NCBI GenBank assembly: GCA_038887515.1
Contig: JAWAKK010000001.1
Span: 160,001-224,000, forward strand
DNA: 64,000 nt
Reading direction: 5' to 3'
Source of the DNA: Candidatus Nezhaarchaeales archaeon
GTDB taxonomy: Archaea > Thermoproteota > Methanomethylicia > Nezhaarchaeales > WYZ-LMO8
Part shown: positions 39,026 through 49,328 of the stretch, piece after piece
Position numbering within the stretch: position 1 is the stretch's first letter
Layout: each line of letters begins with the position of its first letter
Notes under the pieces: generated by a model
What the model saw: only the letters and a program-made list of their open reading frames with translations
Databases searched by the model: none
Told to the model about the DNA's origin: nothing
Position numbers and translations under genes: made by a program

Positions 39026-39604
39026 TCAATTTATGGATAATTTGAGATTTTCAGCTATGACGTTTAAGGCCTCTAGCGGAGTTGAAACTGTTGAGCCAAT
39101 AATTATAGTTGGTATACCTAATTTCTTGCCAGCTTCGAGATCAGTAATTCTATCGCCCATGAACACCACAAGGTCTCGGCCAATTTCAGCGTCAAGCTTT
39201 CTAAGAGCTATTTCTATTTGTCTTGCCCTATCGAGCTCTTCATCTCTAGTTACATAAACGTCAACGTATGAATCCAAGCCACTAATTTTGAGGGCTGCTT
39301 TTAAGCCTCTCTCGCTCTGGAGAGTCACTATAGCTACCTTGACTTCCAGTGATTTTAATAATTTTAAGAGCCTCTTCGATCCTTCAAGCTCTTTAAGCTC
39401 CCTTATCGAATTAACTTCGTAGTTTTCAATCAACTGGCTAAGCTCTTTATATAGCGCTTCGTCTTTGGCTCTAGTGACTCTTAGAGCCTCAAAGACCGAA
39501 GTTACTTCATGTCCTACGACCCTTGACAAAGCCCTTTTAACTTCATCCCAATTAACGGGGACGTAAATCAATGTTCCATCCAGGTCTGAAACGAAGACCC
39601 TCAT
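39026..39604 (-). CDS. HAD family hydrolase
   Basis: DLDGTL, IVT, MGDR.TD..AG...G. Confidence 0.9.
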   Translation of the reverse strand: MRVFVSDLDGTLIYVPVNWDEVKRALSRVVGHEVTSVFEALRVTRAKDEALYKELSQLIENYEVNSIRELKELEGSKRLLKLLKSLEVKVAIVTLQSERGLKAALKISGLDSYVDVYVTRDEELDRARQIEIALRKLDAEIGRDLVVFMGDRITDLEAGKKLGIPTIIIGSTVSTPLEALNVIAENLKLSIN

Positions 39605-39654
39605 GGCCGTCTTACTTTATATGAACGCCTCCCTTTTTAAGCTCTACTGGCTAA

Positions 39655-40524
39655 ATGGTTAACCATATGTTATTAAGCGATGGTGACAAGCATCTTTTAG
39701 GGTCAATTTTAACAGTAAATTTTGCGGATAGGGCTTGTGGTGGGCTTATGGATCTCAGCATTGAAGAACTTGAGAGGTATGATAGACAGATACGCATAGC
39801 TGGACTTGGAGTAGATGGCCAGAGAAAGTTAAAGACTGCGAAGGTATTGGTAGCTGGACTGGGAGGGCTTGGATGTCCAGCTTCCCTGTACTTAGCCGCT
39901 TCCGGTATCGGGAAGCTAGTAATCGTAGATAAAGACAAGGTTGAGCTAAGCAACTTAAATAGACAGATCCTTCACTGGACCCCTGATATAGGTAAACTGA
40001 AAGTTGAGTCTGTGGCAGAAAAGATACTTAAAATAAATCCCAACGTTGAAGTTGAACCATTAGCTTTAGAAATCGACGAAGGAAACGTCGAGGATCTAGT
40101 CAGTAAGGTCGACGTGGTCGTCGACGGCATGGATAACTTTAGAACTCGTTTCCTTCTTAACGAAGCGTGTATACGACAAAACAAGCCATTCGTTCATGCT
40201 GCAGTTTACGGTCTTGAAGGTCAGTTAATAACAGTGCTACCAGGTAAAGGGCCTTGCCTAAGGTGTATAATTCCCTTAGAACCTCCTCAACAAACGCCCG
40301 TACCGGTATTGAGTACGACGCCGGGGGTCATGGCAACCCTTGAAGTCATGGAGGTTGTGAAGCTTGTAGCAGGCTTGGGGAAACCTTGTAGTGACAAACT
40401 ATTGATATTTGACGGCTATGAAATGAAGTTTCATGAAGTAAGAGTTGAACCATCACCAAGTTGCCCTGTATGTTCAAAGCTTAAGGAGATAGAACGCCAT
40501 AAACCTCACAACCTACTCCAATAA
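39655..40524 (+). CDS. ThiF/MoeB/UbaA E1-like adenylyltransferase; likely start ATG 39748
   Basis: ERYDRQ, GLGGLG, D.D.VELSNLNRQ, DGMDN, CLRC, CPVC. Confidence 0.93.
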   Translation: MVNHMLLSDGDKHLLGSILTVNFADRACGGLMDLSIEELERYDRQIRIAGLGVDGQRKLKTAKVLVAGLGGLGCPASLYLAASGIGKLVIVDKDKVELSNLNRQILHWTPDIGKLKVESVAEKILKINPNVEVEPLALEIDEGNVEDLVSKVDVVVDGMDNFRTRFLLNEACIRQNKPFVHAAVYGLEGQLITVLPGKGPCLRCIIPLEPPQQTPVPVLSTTPGVMATLEVMEVVKLVAGLGKPCSDKLLIFDGYEMKFHEVRVEPSPSCPVCSKLKEIERHKPHNLLQ

Positions 40525-40974
40525 TATTTCAAGCCTCTTTACTGAGCCGCTTTCCACCACATATGCAGCTATCGAACCATCCACAGAGCTTATGATTAGC
40601 CATACTACAGGCCAGCTCTTCATACTTTCTAAGTCGATTGCTGATGGAATCGGCGGACCTGGATGTGAGTGATAAATCCCTATAACCTCTAGACCTACCT
40701 CTTCCGCATACCTGTGAGCTTCGTAAACACTTCTCGGATCCACTTCAAAACGTATTTGGCTCGTAGGTGAGATGTTCTTGGCCTTGTAGAGTTTGACAAC
40801 CTTGAAGCCTTCGTCTTCCACTACGCCGAGGAGGAAGCCACATACTTCGTGATATTCAGCTAGGGAGTCATGAACCATCTCCATTACGAGGAGACTACTT
40901 ATCTTCAACCTACTTCTCATTCTAAGAAGAATATAAGATTGTAAATCCTTATTAGCATACACGGTTTCTCTCAA
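40513..40974 (-). CDS. JAMM/MPN+ (M67) metalloprotease
   Basis: EVCG.L.G and YHSHP....PS.ID JAMM motif. Confidence 0.9.
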   Translation of the reverse strand: MRETVYANKDLQSYILLRMRSRLKISSLLVMEMVHDSLAEYHEVCGFLLGVVEDEGFKVVKLYKAKNISPTSQIRFEVDPRSVYEAHRYAEEVGLEVIGIYHSHPGPPIPSAIDLESMKSWPVVWLIISSVDGSIAAYVVESGSVKRLEILLE

Positions 40975-41061
40975 ACTCGTGAGGATTGTTGTTTTGCAAC
41001 ATCAATGCAAGGAAGAAACTTATCAGTTACCCTTATTAATTTACTTACCTCCTATGCAGTG

Positions 41062-41253
41062 ATGTGTGAATTTCGAGTTTACTTGAAAACCAATAGTGAA
41101 CTTAGAGAAGTAGCTAGTGGGGTCGTTAAGGCGGTAGTAGAGGGTAGAACTGTCAAACTTATAACGTCGTTCGGTGAAGTTAAGAAAGTTGACAGCGCAA
41201 CCATAGAATCCGTCGATGTACCGAATGAGAAGTTAATATTAATAAAACTTTGA
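41062..41253 (+). CDS. CooT-family nickel-binding small protein
   Basis: MCEFRVYL start (Cys2), FGE.K, I..VD....K..L; start re-assigned from 41005. Confidence 0.75.
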   Translation: MCEFRVYLKTNSELREVASGVVKAVVEGRTVKLITSFGEVKKVDSATIESVDVPNEKLILIKL

Positions 41254-41259
41254 GGGGCC

Positions 41260-42039
41260 GTGTCAGACTTGATACCTAAGAATCATCCTAGATATCATTC
41301 CCTAATAGTCAGGGAGAAGCTTATAGAGCACTTTGAAAAGGGTGCGGTAGCTAAAGCCGGTCTAATAGCTCATGGAAGAGGGGAAGCCTTCGATTACATA
41401 ATAGGAGAGGAGACTATTGAACCAGCGATGAAAGCTATAAGGGCGGCGGCATGCGCACTGCTCTTGGCTAAAAGACCTGTGATCTCCGTCAACGGAAATA
41501 CAGTAGCACTTGTTAGTGAGTGGATTATTAAGCTGTCAGAGACTGTGAACGCGAAGATCGAGGTAAACTTATTTTATAGAACTAATGAGAGGTTGAAGAC
41601 CATAGAGTCCATTCTAAAAAGCCTTGGAGCTAAAGAAGTTTTAGGGGTTGACGAGAAGTATCAAGCTACAATGCCTGAACTTATGAGCGAGAGGAGGAAA
41701 GTTGATTCTAGAGGGATCCTAATAAGCGATGTTGTATTAGTGCCATTGGAGGATGGCGATAGAACTGAGGCTCTAAGGAAGATGGGGAAGACCGTTATAG
41801 CCATAGACTTAAACCCTCTATCGAGAACTGCGAGGGCCGCATCTATAACCATAGTTGATAACGTAGTTAGAGCGATCCCGAAACTTGTCAATGAGGTCTC
41901 AAGACTGAAAAACCTGCCAAGAGGCGAGTTACTTTCCATGCTGGAATCCTACGACAATAAAGCTATACTATCTGAGGTGCTGGACTACATGAGCCATAGG
42001 CTCAAAAGGTTAGCTGAAGAACTTAGAAATGAAAAGTGA
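41260..42039 (+). CDS. 4-phosphopantoate--beta-alanine ligase (phosphopantothenate synthetase)
   Basis: IP..HPRY.SL..RE, GLIAHGRGEAFDY, SVNGN, VPLEDGDR, IDLNPLSRT. Confidence 0.95.
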   Translation: MSDLIPKNHPRYHSLIVREKLIEHFEKGAVAKAGLIAHGRGEAFDYIIGEETIEPAMKAIRAAACALLLAKRPVISVNGNTVALVSEWIIKLSETVNAKIEVNLFYRTNERLKTIESILKSLGAKEVLGVDEKYQATMPELMSERRKVDSRGILISDVVLVPLEDGDRTEALRKMGKTVIAIDLNPLSRTARAASITIVDNVVRAIPKLVNEVSRLKNLPRGELLSMLESYDNKAILSEVLDYMSHRLKRLAEELRNEK

Positions 42040-42375
42040 GCTTAAAGTCTCCGTAAAAGCTCGATAAGGTACTTCGCATCTCTAAGCTCTGAGCCATCTT
42101 TACGTCATGGCGGAGATTATAGGAAACGCCATCCAGACGGTGAAACATCGCATATAGTAACATTACAAAGCAGGTATAATAATCGCTCCTAGCAATCGTA
42201 ACCAAACTTACCCTCAGAACTTAACAACGCCCTCACACTCTATGGTTTAAGGGGTATCGATGGGAAGTATGGAAATTAATTGAAAAGTCCGAAAAGAAAT
42301 TAGCATCACAACTAAGATAAATGCCAATAGAAGCCAGTAATTTTCTTGTTATAGCTATTGAGGTTAGGATAACAC

Positions 42376-42805
42376 TCATTTATGTACATCGTCTTTACTC
42401 ATCAAATTACGTGCAGCAAGCAATCCAGCCTTTACTATTAAGTCGGCTGTGATCGCTTCGTACACTATTCCATTAACCTCAACATATCTGCATTCATAAG
42501 GATCACACACTACAGCATGGACTTTGACCAACCCTGCCTTGAAGCCGATCCTCAAGAGCTACGTCATTGATCCAGATTCTGTTGGATTCCAACGGTTTAT
42601 CACGAAATATATCGAGAGGAAGCTCTTCCTTCTCTACTATGACCTTTGCCCCTAGTGGTTCGAGTATCTGCCTGAGGATAGAGGCCGCCTTCTCTACTTC
42701 TTCACCCGTCACCTCACATCTAGGACATGTTTGTCCTTCGTATACAAGCCTCTGCCACCTAATTTTCAAGACTTTCAACTTCAAGCACCACCAATTACTA
42801 CACAA
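42376..42805 (-). pseudogene. DUF2703 (thioredoxin-like, Cys-rich) gene split by a frameshift
   Basis: 5' part WQRLV..GQTC.RC..TG...SNRIWIN...SPCCSV ends at TGA 42503; another frame continues CDPYECRYVEVNGIVYEAITADLIVKAGLLAA to TGA at 42376. Confidence 0.8.
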
Positions 42806-42997
42806 ACCATCACATGCCGCAATTTAACGGTACAGCAGTACATAAAGTTTTACGTTATAAAAGACGTTATTAGAATGAAGGGGTCAACATGCAACTGTTA
42901 GCAGGCTCAAGTACTTACAAAGTACGATTTAAGGCATCTTGTAGTTTATGAAGGTATAAGTTTGAGTTCTCCACGTATTTTTCATGTTGAGTGTTTG

Positions 42998-43795
42998 TTA
43001 AAAGAATCCCTCCTCCATTGCTACTTCATAAAGCTCGCTCAAGTTAACGTCTCTCACACCATTTATTGGCTCTCCGCATTCGTAACCATTAACGATAACC
43101 CTCAATATAGGCTTAGAATATAGCTTCGATGCCCAAGAGAGAAGTCTCCTCGCGATTACGAACTTAGCGTACTTGAGTGGCCAAGCAACCTCATCTCTAC
43201 TAAGCCAAGGTTTGGAATATTTGCCAACGGTTCTTGAGAGATCCATCCCTATCATCACGACTATTTTGCAATCTAGTTCTAAAGCCATGAATACAGCTCT
43301 ATCACCATCAGTGAAACCTCCAAAGTTGTAGAGACATCCAAAAGGTTTAACTTGCGTAGTCCCGATAACCCTCTCACTAAACCTTTTCACATGCCTTTCC
43401 AGTGCTTGAATGTTGTCTCCATGGGCGTGAACGATTATATATGCCCCTCTGCGCCATACTTCATATATGTCGTCTACATTGCCATCTAAGTCTGTGACCA
43501 CGATATGAGGTATAACACCGACTTTCAGTAGTTTACTGCATGCACCATTAGCAGCTATTATCACCCCGTCTATTTTTTTCGAAAACACTGCACTTATGCC
43601 TCTCTCGATTGAAGGTCCTGCACCAACAACGAAGACGACCCTATTCTTTACAAACTCTCTTACAACGCTTACATCACAAGCTCTATCTTTAATCATTGCG
43701 TAAAGTTTTAGCGTAGCCTCGGTGTCCACGTTCATGCTTATACCTAAAGCTCCCGCGATCCAAATGTACCATGGCTCCCACAATGTCCAGTCCAA
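42998..43795 (-). CDS. mptE: 6-hydroxymethyl-7,8-dihydropterin pyrophosphokinase (DUF115)
   Basis: GAGPS, VTDLDG, VHAHGDN, GTTQ, NFGGFTDGDRA. Confidence 0.9.
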   Translation of the reverse strand: MDWTLWEPWYIWIAGALGISMNVDTEATLKLYAMIKDRACDVSVVREFVKNRVVFVVGAGPSIERGISAVFSKKIDGVIIAANGACSKLLKVGVIPHIVVTDLDGNVDDIYEVWRRGAYIIVHAHGDNIQALERHVKRFSERVIGTTQVKPFGCLYNFGGFTDGDRAVFMALELDCKIVVMIGMDLSRTVGKYSKPWLSRDEVAWPLKYAKFVIARRLLSWASKLYSKPILRVIVNGYECGEPINGVRDVNLSELYEVAMEEGFF

Positions 43796-43825
43796 GAAGC
43801 AGCGACCTCCGCTTTCTCTAGGATA

Positions 43826-44773
43826 TTATGAGAACTCGCCTATTGTGCCCTTCTGTTTGGCTACTAGGTCATGTTTATGGATGCTCTCTTCGCTTCTAAC
43901 GTAACACTCAAAAAATGTAGACTTAGGGAAGTCCTTGAATTCCTCTACTATTGCCTTAACCATTGACCTAATAACGTCTTCTGCAAACTTTGGATTCAAC
44001 ACTGCTTTGCATATGACCTCACCTTCATCGCTCCTCTTTAGCAAGCCATATGTTGGAGAGCTTACGGACCTCTGAATTATCTTTACAAGTTTAATGGCAT
44101 CTAGATCGTATCCCTGAGGAACCTCAATCAATATTTTACCGGTAACTCTCTGCATATGCGTAGCAAGCGGAATTTCGATCGATGGTTTATCCTCGAAAAA
44201 CTGCCTTACTTTCTCTTTAACGTACTCTAAAGCACATGGACAGGCAGTCATGCCTTTAACTGATACTCCTACAGCCTTTTTTGCTGTTATTTGCCCCTTT
44301 GATCGGAGGCCCCAAGCTTTCCCTATGAGTAGGCACGGTTCAAAACTTATTAAATCGGAATTCTCAACTCGGCTTTCGAAGATGATCTCTCCCTTAGCCT
44401 TAACGTAAGACCTAGAAGCATAATCGTGCTTCTCTAAAAGAGCTATAGCCATTTTCTCACATATATCTTCAAGCTTCCCAGCTTTCATCGCAAAGTGGGA
44501 AACGACTTCTGCTATTACTTGGTAATGACGAGAAGCGTGAATCCCCTTCATAGTTGAAGGGAGGTTTATATAGGCATCGAAGACTGGAAGAGTATAATGA
44601 GGTTTTCCACCAAACTTTACAAAGGCTACTGGCATTTTTACTCCTTTGACGCCGACGAATTGTAACGGTATTGAAAATGTAGGCTTTTTTTCATGTACAT
44701 CTTCCATTAATACCACTACTCCAAAGGTTAAGGAAAATATAGATTTACTTATAAAATAATTATCTTTTTGCAT
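43826..44773 (-). CDS. mptA: GTP cyclohydrolase MptA (FolE2 family)
   Basis: VGV, KGIHASR, GMTACPC, THMQR, LLKR.DE, NPKFAED..R, ESIH.H. Confidence 0.9.
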   Translation of the reverse strand: MQKDNYFISKSIFSLTFGVVVLMEDVHEKKPTFSIPLQFVGVKGVKMPVAFVKFGGKPHYTLPVFDAYINLPSTMKGIHASRHYQVIAEVVSHFAMKAGKLEDICEKMAIALLEKHDYASRSYVKAKGEIIFESRVENSDLISFEPCLLIGKAWGLRSKGQITAKKAVGVSVKGMTACPCALEYVKEKVRQFFEDKPSIEIPLATHMQRVTGKILIEVPQGYDLDAIKLVKIIQRSVSSPTYGLLKRSDEGEVICKAVLNPKFAEDVIRSMVKAIVEEFKDFPKSTFFECYVRSEESIHKHDLVAKQKGTIGEFS

Positions 44774-44819
44774 TTACAGTTTCGGTAAAAAAGTACTTAC
44801 CAGTAGTGGTGAAGTCTTT

Positions 44820-45455
44820 TTGACTTTAACGAAAAAAGTCCACGTAAAGCCTGGAGCTCTATACGAAGTTATAGTAACAACTTTGGGCTCCGATGGTAGA
44901 CCGCATGCAGCCCCTATGGGAATCCGGATGATAGATTACAATTCGTTCAGTATGAGATCATATGGCGAGACCAAGACCCTTTTAAACTTGAGATTGAGAG
45001 GCCAAGGAGTTTTGAACGTAGTCGACGACGTCGAAGTATTTTTTAAGTGCATCTTTGAGCCGCATAAATTGTCGTTCGATTGGTCAATGACTATTCCGAG
45101 GCTTAAAAGTGCTTGTGCATGGCTTCTATTTAGGGTTGAAAATATAGTTACGAGAGATGAATACTATGAGCTGTTGTGCTCAATAGTAGACTTCAATGCT
45201 GTAAAGAAGAAACCGAAACCTCTATGTAGAGCTGAAACCTCTCTACTTGAAGCTCTGATACACTATACAAGGGTTAAGTACTATAAGTCCATAGGGGATG
45301 AACCAAAAGTTTGCGAACTGAAGGAGTTGTTAAACCACCACCTTTTGATAGTAGAACGAATCGGCTGGCCAAAATTGAAGCGTATGGCGAGTGAGCTGAA
45401 GATGAAAGTTCTTGAGCTTGGCATTGAGCCCCATCGAAATTACCTTTTAAGATGA
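44820..45455 (+). CDS. DUF447 family protein
   Basis: EVIVTT....PHAAPMG, T..NL, RA...LLEA.IHYTR. Confidence 0.85.
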   Translation: MTLTKKVHVKPGALYEVIVTTLGSDGRPHAAPMGIRMIDYNSFSMRSYGETKTLLNLRLRGQGVLNVVDDVEVFFKCIFEPHKLSFDWSMTIPRLKSACAWLLFRVENIVTRDEYYELLCSIVDFNAVKKKPKPLCRAETSLLEALIHYTRVKYYKSIGDEPKVCELKELLNHHLLIVERIGWPKLKRMASELKMKVLELGIEPHRNYLLR

Positions 45456-45694
45456 ACATAGTTCATTCAAACTTAGTTTACTTGGATAATTCAAAGGGCC
45501 GTCGCGCATGTTATTAGAGTTCTTCTAGCTCCAAAAATTTCATTATTAGGTCAGATGGCCTTGTACATTAAGGCAGTAAACGGCGATCTTAGTGCAATGC
45601 GTAAAAGGAATTTTGAGAATAAGCCTTGAAGTCTCCCCCTTAACAGGGCCTATAATGGTATGTAGTCTGCAAAGCTTAGAGCAAATTAAGTTTG

Positions 45695-46600
45695 TTAAGT
45701 CCCGGAATCTAAAACTTTAGGGCCGTGATCTGAAATGCCGCAAACGATTATTTGTCTACCTTTTAGTTGGTCAGTTAGCAAGTCGCGCAACTTATTAACG
45801 TTGCTTTCGTAGGCTAAAACATAAAAGACGCCCTTCTTAACTGAAGCACCTACAGCACCTTCCTCGACAATCATTTCGGCAAGCTCTTTGATATCTCCAT
45901 CCATGAAGCCTACTTCTTCGGCGAATTTTTTAGCGTTATACATAAGTTCCTTCACGTTAGGCCTTTTCAGGAGCTTCGAAAGAGCTTTAAGACCATAAGT
46001 GTTTATGACGTCCCTCCTGCTTTCGATCATCTCCTTTGTTGACATAGTTCGTAGAGTAGCAACTATTACGCGTAAGTTTTGATCGTATGGTAACCAATCG
46101 ACGATGCCGATACCTGGCGCTCCTTCTCTAACTCTGATCTCGACTCCGCCATGAATTTGTGCAATCACATCGCCTAAGCCCGTCAAGTGCTCGACCTCGA
46201 CAACGTGCGCTATAGTGCCCGCTTGAAGAACAGTCATCACATCGCCTAGTGCTTTCGAAAGAGCCAACGCTGAACCTAAAGCTGTAGCTCCACTGACACC
46301 ATAACCCACACCCATGGGTACTTCGCTTTCGTGAAGTATCTTAACCCTAGCTTTTACGCCTAGACCCCTAAGCATCCTTTTAACTACTTCTCTGGAAATT
46401 TCGTTGCCGCCAATAATCTCTATTTCCTCTCTAAGAGAAAGGTGTATGCAGGTCTTAACACCGATATCTAGATTTAGCCCTGCACCTCTAGAGCCTGTCT
46501 CTAAAACATTTTCGTGCTCTTTAATTTCGAAGAAGCAGGTTATGTGACATGGAACCCAAACAGATGCCTTAACCTCTCTACCAAGTTTTATTCCTGACAT
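45695..46600 (-). CDS. Pantoate kinase (GHMP family)
   Basis: P.HIT.FF, GS.GAG, P.G.GYG.SGA, AH..EV...TGLGDV, GG...R..GAPG. Confidence 0.92.
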   Translation of the reverse strand: MSGIKLGREVKASVWVPCHITCFFEIKEHENVLETGSRGAGLNLDIGVKTCIHLSLREEIEIIGGNEISREVVKRMLRGLGVKARVKILHESEVPMGVGYGVSGATALGSALALSKALGDVMTVLQAGTIAHVVEVEHLTGLGDVIAQIHGGVEIRVREGAPGIGIVDWLPYDQNLRVIVATLRTMSTKEMIESRRDVINTYGLKALSKLLKRPNVKELMYNAKKFAEEVGFMDGDIKELAEMIVEEGAVGASVKKGVFYVLAYESNVNKLRDLLTDQLKGRQIIVCGISDHGPKVLDSGT

Positions 46601-46793
46601 TTCAGTCGTCCTCCTTCTTATTTTATGAACTTAAATTTGCTGCTAAGCTTCTTTCTAGAGATTAACTTCACAAAAGCGTTTAAAGTAATAGAATTAAACG
46701 CGAAGATGATGTTGAAGATTCAGCGAGTAGTCCTGTTAATAGCTGTTTTCTAATAGTTTTTCCCGAGAAAAGGTTTATTAAAAGGTTTAAGTA

Positions 46794-49328
46794 GTGGAAG
46801 GAGAACAAGTGATGATAGAAAAGCCACATGCCCTTCAAATCGAAGAGATATTCAGACTGCTAAACTCATCTCCCAAAGGATTAACGCAAGAAGAAGCATC
46901 AAGAAGGCTTAAGGTTTATGGCAAGAACGTCTTAGAAGAAGAGAAGGTTAGTAAATTAAAGATGTTCTTGAGACAATTTAAGAGTTACTTGATTTACGTA
47001 CTACTATTGGCAGCACTAATAGCCATGATTGCTGGCAAGATTAGAGACTTCGTGATAATAACCTTCTTGATTCTAGTTAATGGAATTATAGGGTATTGGC
47101 AGGAGCTTAAAGCCGAATCGTCTATAAGAGCCTTAAAGAAACTTACTGAAAGCAAAGTAAAGGTTCTAAGAGATGGAATGTTAATTGAGGTACCATCTTC
47201 AGAGCTAGTTCCTGGAGACGTTGTAATTCTGTCCGAAGGAGACTTAGTAACGGCGGATATAAGGTTGTTCAAGGACTCAGGTTTGATGGTAGATGAATCG
47301 ACGATAACTGGCGAGTCTATCCCCGTATCGAAGGACTGCTCACTTCAGGTACCTCCAGATGCTATGCCTTACGAACTTAAGAACATGGTCTTAGCCGGAA
47401 CTACCATTGTTAGGGGTTCTGGAACCGGTATAGTTGTTAGGACCGGAAGGTCAACGTATTTGGCTTCAATAGCTGATAAAGCCAAAGAGAAATCACCTGA
47501 AAGCCCCTTTACGAGAGCAATGAACCTCTTTGTTAGAAGATACGTGTCATTAGTGATAGTTCTCTTAACAGTTGTAGGCGTTGTTGGATACTTTCAAGCT
47601 AGAAATATAGTTGAAATAGCTTACTTCCTCGTAGCCCAGCTGGTCTCAGCTGTTCCTGAAGGCCTACCTATAGTTACGGTCCTAGTTCTAACTATAGGAG
47701 CTATGTCCTTAAGCAAAAAGAAAACTCTTGTGAGGTATCTACCGGCAGTAGAGACTCTTGGAAGCACAACAGTAATAGTGTCAGATAAAACTGGAACTAT
47801 TACCGAAGGAAGGCTTATGGTCAAGGAATTTTATACAACAGATCGAGAGAAGCTCAAGTTGATAGCTGCTCTATGTAACGATGCTAGGGGCGGTATTGGA
47901 GACCCGATAGATGTCGCTCTAGCTAGATGGGTTGGTGATGACTACGAGATACTTAGAACGCGGTATCCTAGAGTTAAGGAGTATCCTTTCGATGTCAAGC
48001 GTAGGTTTATGGCGACCGTAAATAACGTTTATGGTCGATTGATGATTTTTATTAAAGGGGCTTACGAAGCTCTCACACCTATAGCTAATAACAGTCCCAA
48101 CAGCTTAAAGGAACTAGAGAAGGCGTTAGAGTCTATGGCTGATAGAGGTCTCAGGGTTCTAGCTCTAGGCATCGGCGAGTGGAATGGAGATGACTTTGAG
48201 AACTGGAAGATAGAGATAGTCGGGCTTGTAGGCTTCCTCGACCCTCCAAAGGAGGGGGTCGAGGAAGCAGTCTTAACAGCCAGAAAGGCCGGTATAAGGG
48301 TCATAATGGTAACAGGCGACTATCCTTTAACGGCAAGAGCCGTAGCTAAAGATGTTGGAATATGGAGTGAAGGTGACCTAGTACTTACTGGAAAGGACGT
48401 AGACTCGATGGATGATGACGAGCTCTATGAGGCGTTGAAGAGAACAACAGTCCTAGCTAGGACATTACCTGAGCAAAAATATCGAGTAGTTAAGGTACTA
48501 CAGGAAAGAGGAGAAATAGTATCAGTAACTGGCGATGGCGTCAACGACGTCCCTGCATTGAAAGTAGCGGATTTAGGAGTAGCTATGGGTTCAGGGACTG
48601 AAGCTGCCAAAAGCGTGGCAAAAATGATCATAGTGGACAATAACTTGAAAGTTATAGTTGATGCAATTAGAGGCGGAAGGATAATAGCCGACAACATTAG
48701 GAAGGTTATATACTATTTAGTGTCGACTAACATAGGAGAGCTCGTATTAATATCTTCGGCAATACTAGCAGGGTTACCTCTACCACTTTATCCAACTCAA
48801 GTATTGTGGGTAAATCTCGTTACCAATGGGGTCCAAGATAAGACGTTTCCATTGGCAAAGGAAGAGGGCAATGTAATGGGACGTGTCCCGAGAAATCCTT
48901 ACAAACAGTTCTTCGATTTGTCCCAGATAGCTAGGATATTGATCTTTGGCCTCGTCATGGGATTGGGAAACTTCTTCCTCTTTAACCACTTATTGAATAT
49001 ATGTGGCGTTGAAAGAGCTATTTCTATAATCTTCACTTCAGTTGTTATAGCTGAATGGTTAAACGGATTTCAAGCTCAGAAAGAGAAAGAACCTTTCTTC
49101 AAGAATATAAGGAAGAGTTTAACGATAAACCCCTACATATTCTTGGGTACATGTATTGGTTTGGCCTTACAGGTACTAGCTCTTTACGTGGTGCCTGATT
49201 GGTTCCATGCTATACCTATAACTTTAGAATGTTGGGGTTATGCCTCAATAGTCCCATTAGCGTGCTTCATGACTGTTGAGATTAGGAAGTGGGCTGAGCT
49301 ATTGATTGAGAAACTCAAGAGAGGGTAA
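46794..49328 (+). CDS. Cation-transporting P-type ATPase (type IIA-like)
   Basis: TGES, VPEGLP, DKTGT, KGA.E, DPP, TGD, TGDGVND.PALK. Confidence 0.95.
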   Translation: MEGEQVMIEKPHALQIEEIFRLLNSSPKGLTQEEASRRLKVYGKNVLEEEKVSKLKMFLRQFKSYLIYVLLLAALIAMIAGKIRDFVIITFLILVNGIIGYWQELKAESSIRALKKLTESKVKVLRDGMLIEVPSSELVPGDVVILSEGDLVTADIRLFKDSGLMVDESTITGESIPVSKDCSLQVPPDAMPYELKNMVLAGTTIVRGSGTGIVVRTGRSTYLASIADKAKEKSPESPFTRAMNLFVRRYVSLVIVLLTVVGVVGYFQARNIVEIAYFLVAQLVSAVPEGLPIVTVLVLTIGAMSLSKKKTLVRYLPAVETLGSTTVIVSDKTGTITEGRLMVKEFYTTDREKLKLIAALCNDARGGIGDPIDVALARWVGDDYEILRTRYPRVKEYPFDVKRRFMATVNNVYGRLMIFIKGAYEALTPIANNSPNSLKELEKALESMADRGLRVLALGIGEWNGDDFENWKIEIVGLVGFLDPPKEGVEEAVLTARKAGIRVIMVTGDYPLTARAVAKDVGIWSEGDLVLTGKDVDSMDDDELYEALKRTTVLARTLPEQKYRVVKVLQERGEIVSVTGDGVNDVPALKVADLGVAMGSGTEAAKSVAKMIIVDNNLKVIVDAIRGGRIIADNIRKVIYYLVSTNIGELVLISSAILAGLPLPLYPTQVLWVNLVTNGVQDKTFPLAKEEGNVMGRVPRNPYKQFFDLSQIARILIFGLVMGLGNFFLFNHLLNICGVERAISIIFTSVVIAEWLNGFQAQKEKEPFFKNIRKSLTINPYIFLGTCIGLALQVLALYVVPDWFHAIPITLECWGYASIVPLACFMTVEIRKWAELLIEKLKRG

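Noticed and set aside
42023-42205. 60-aa minus-strand ORF
   Set aside because: No SD or motif and atypical composition; at most a decayed remnant
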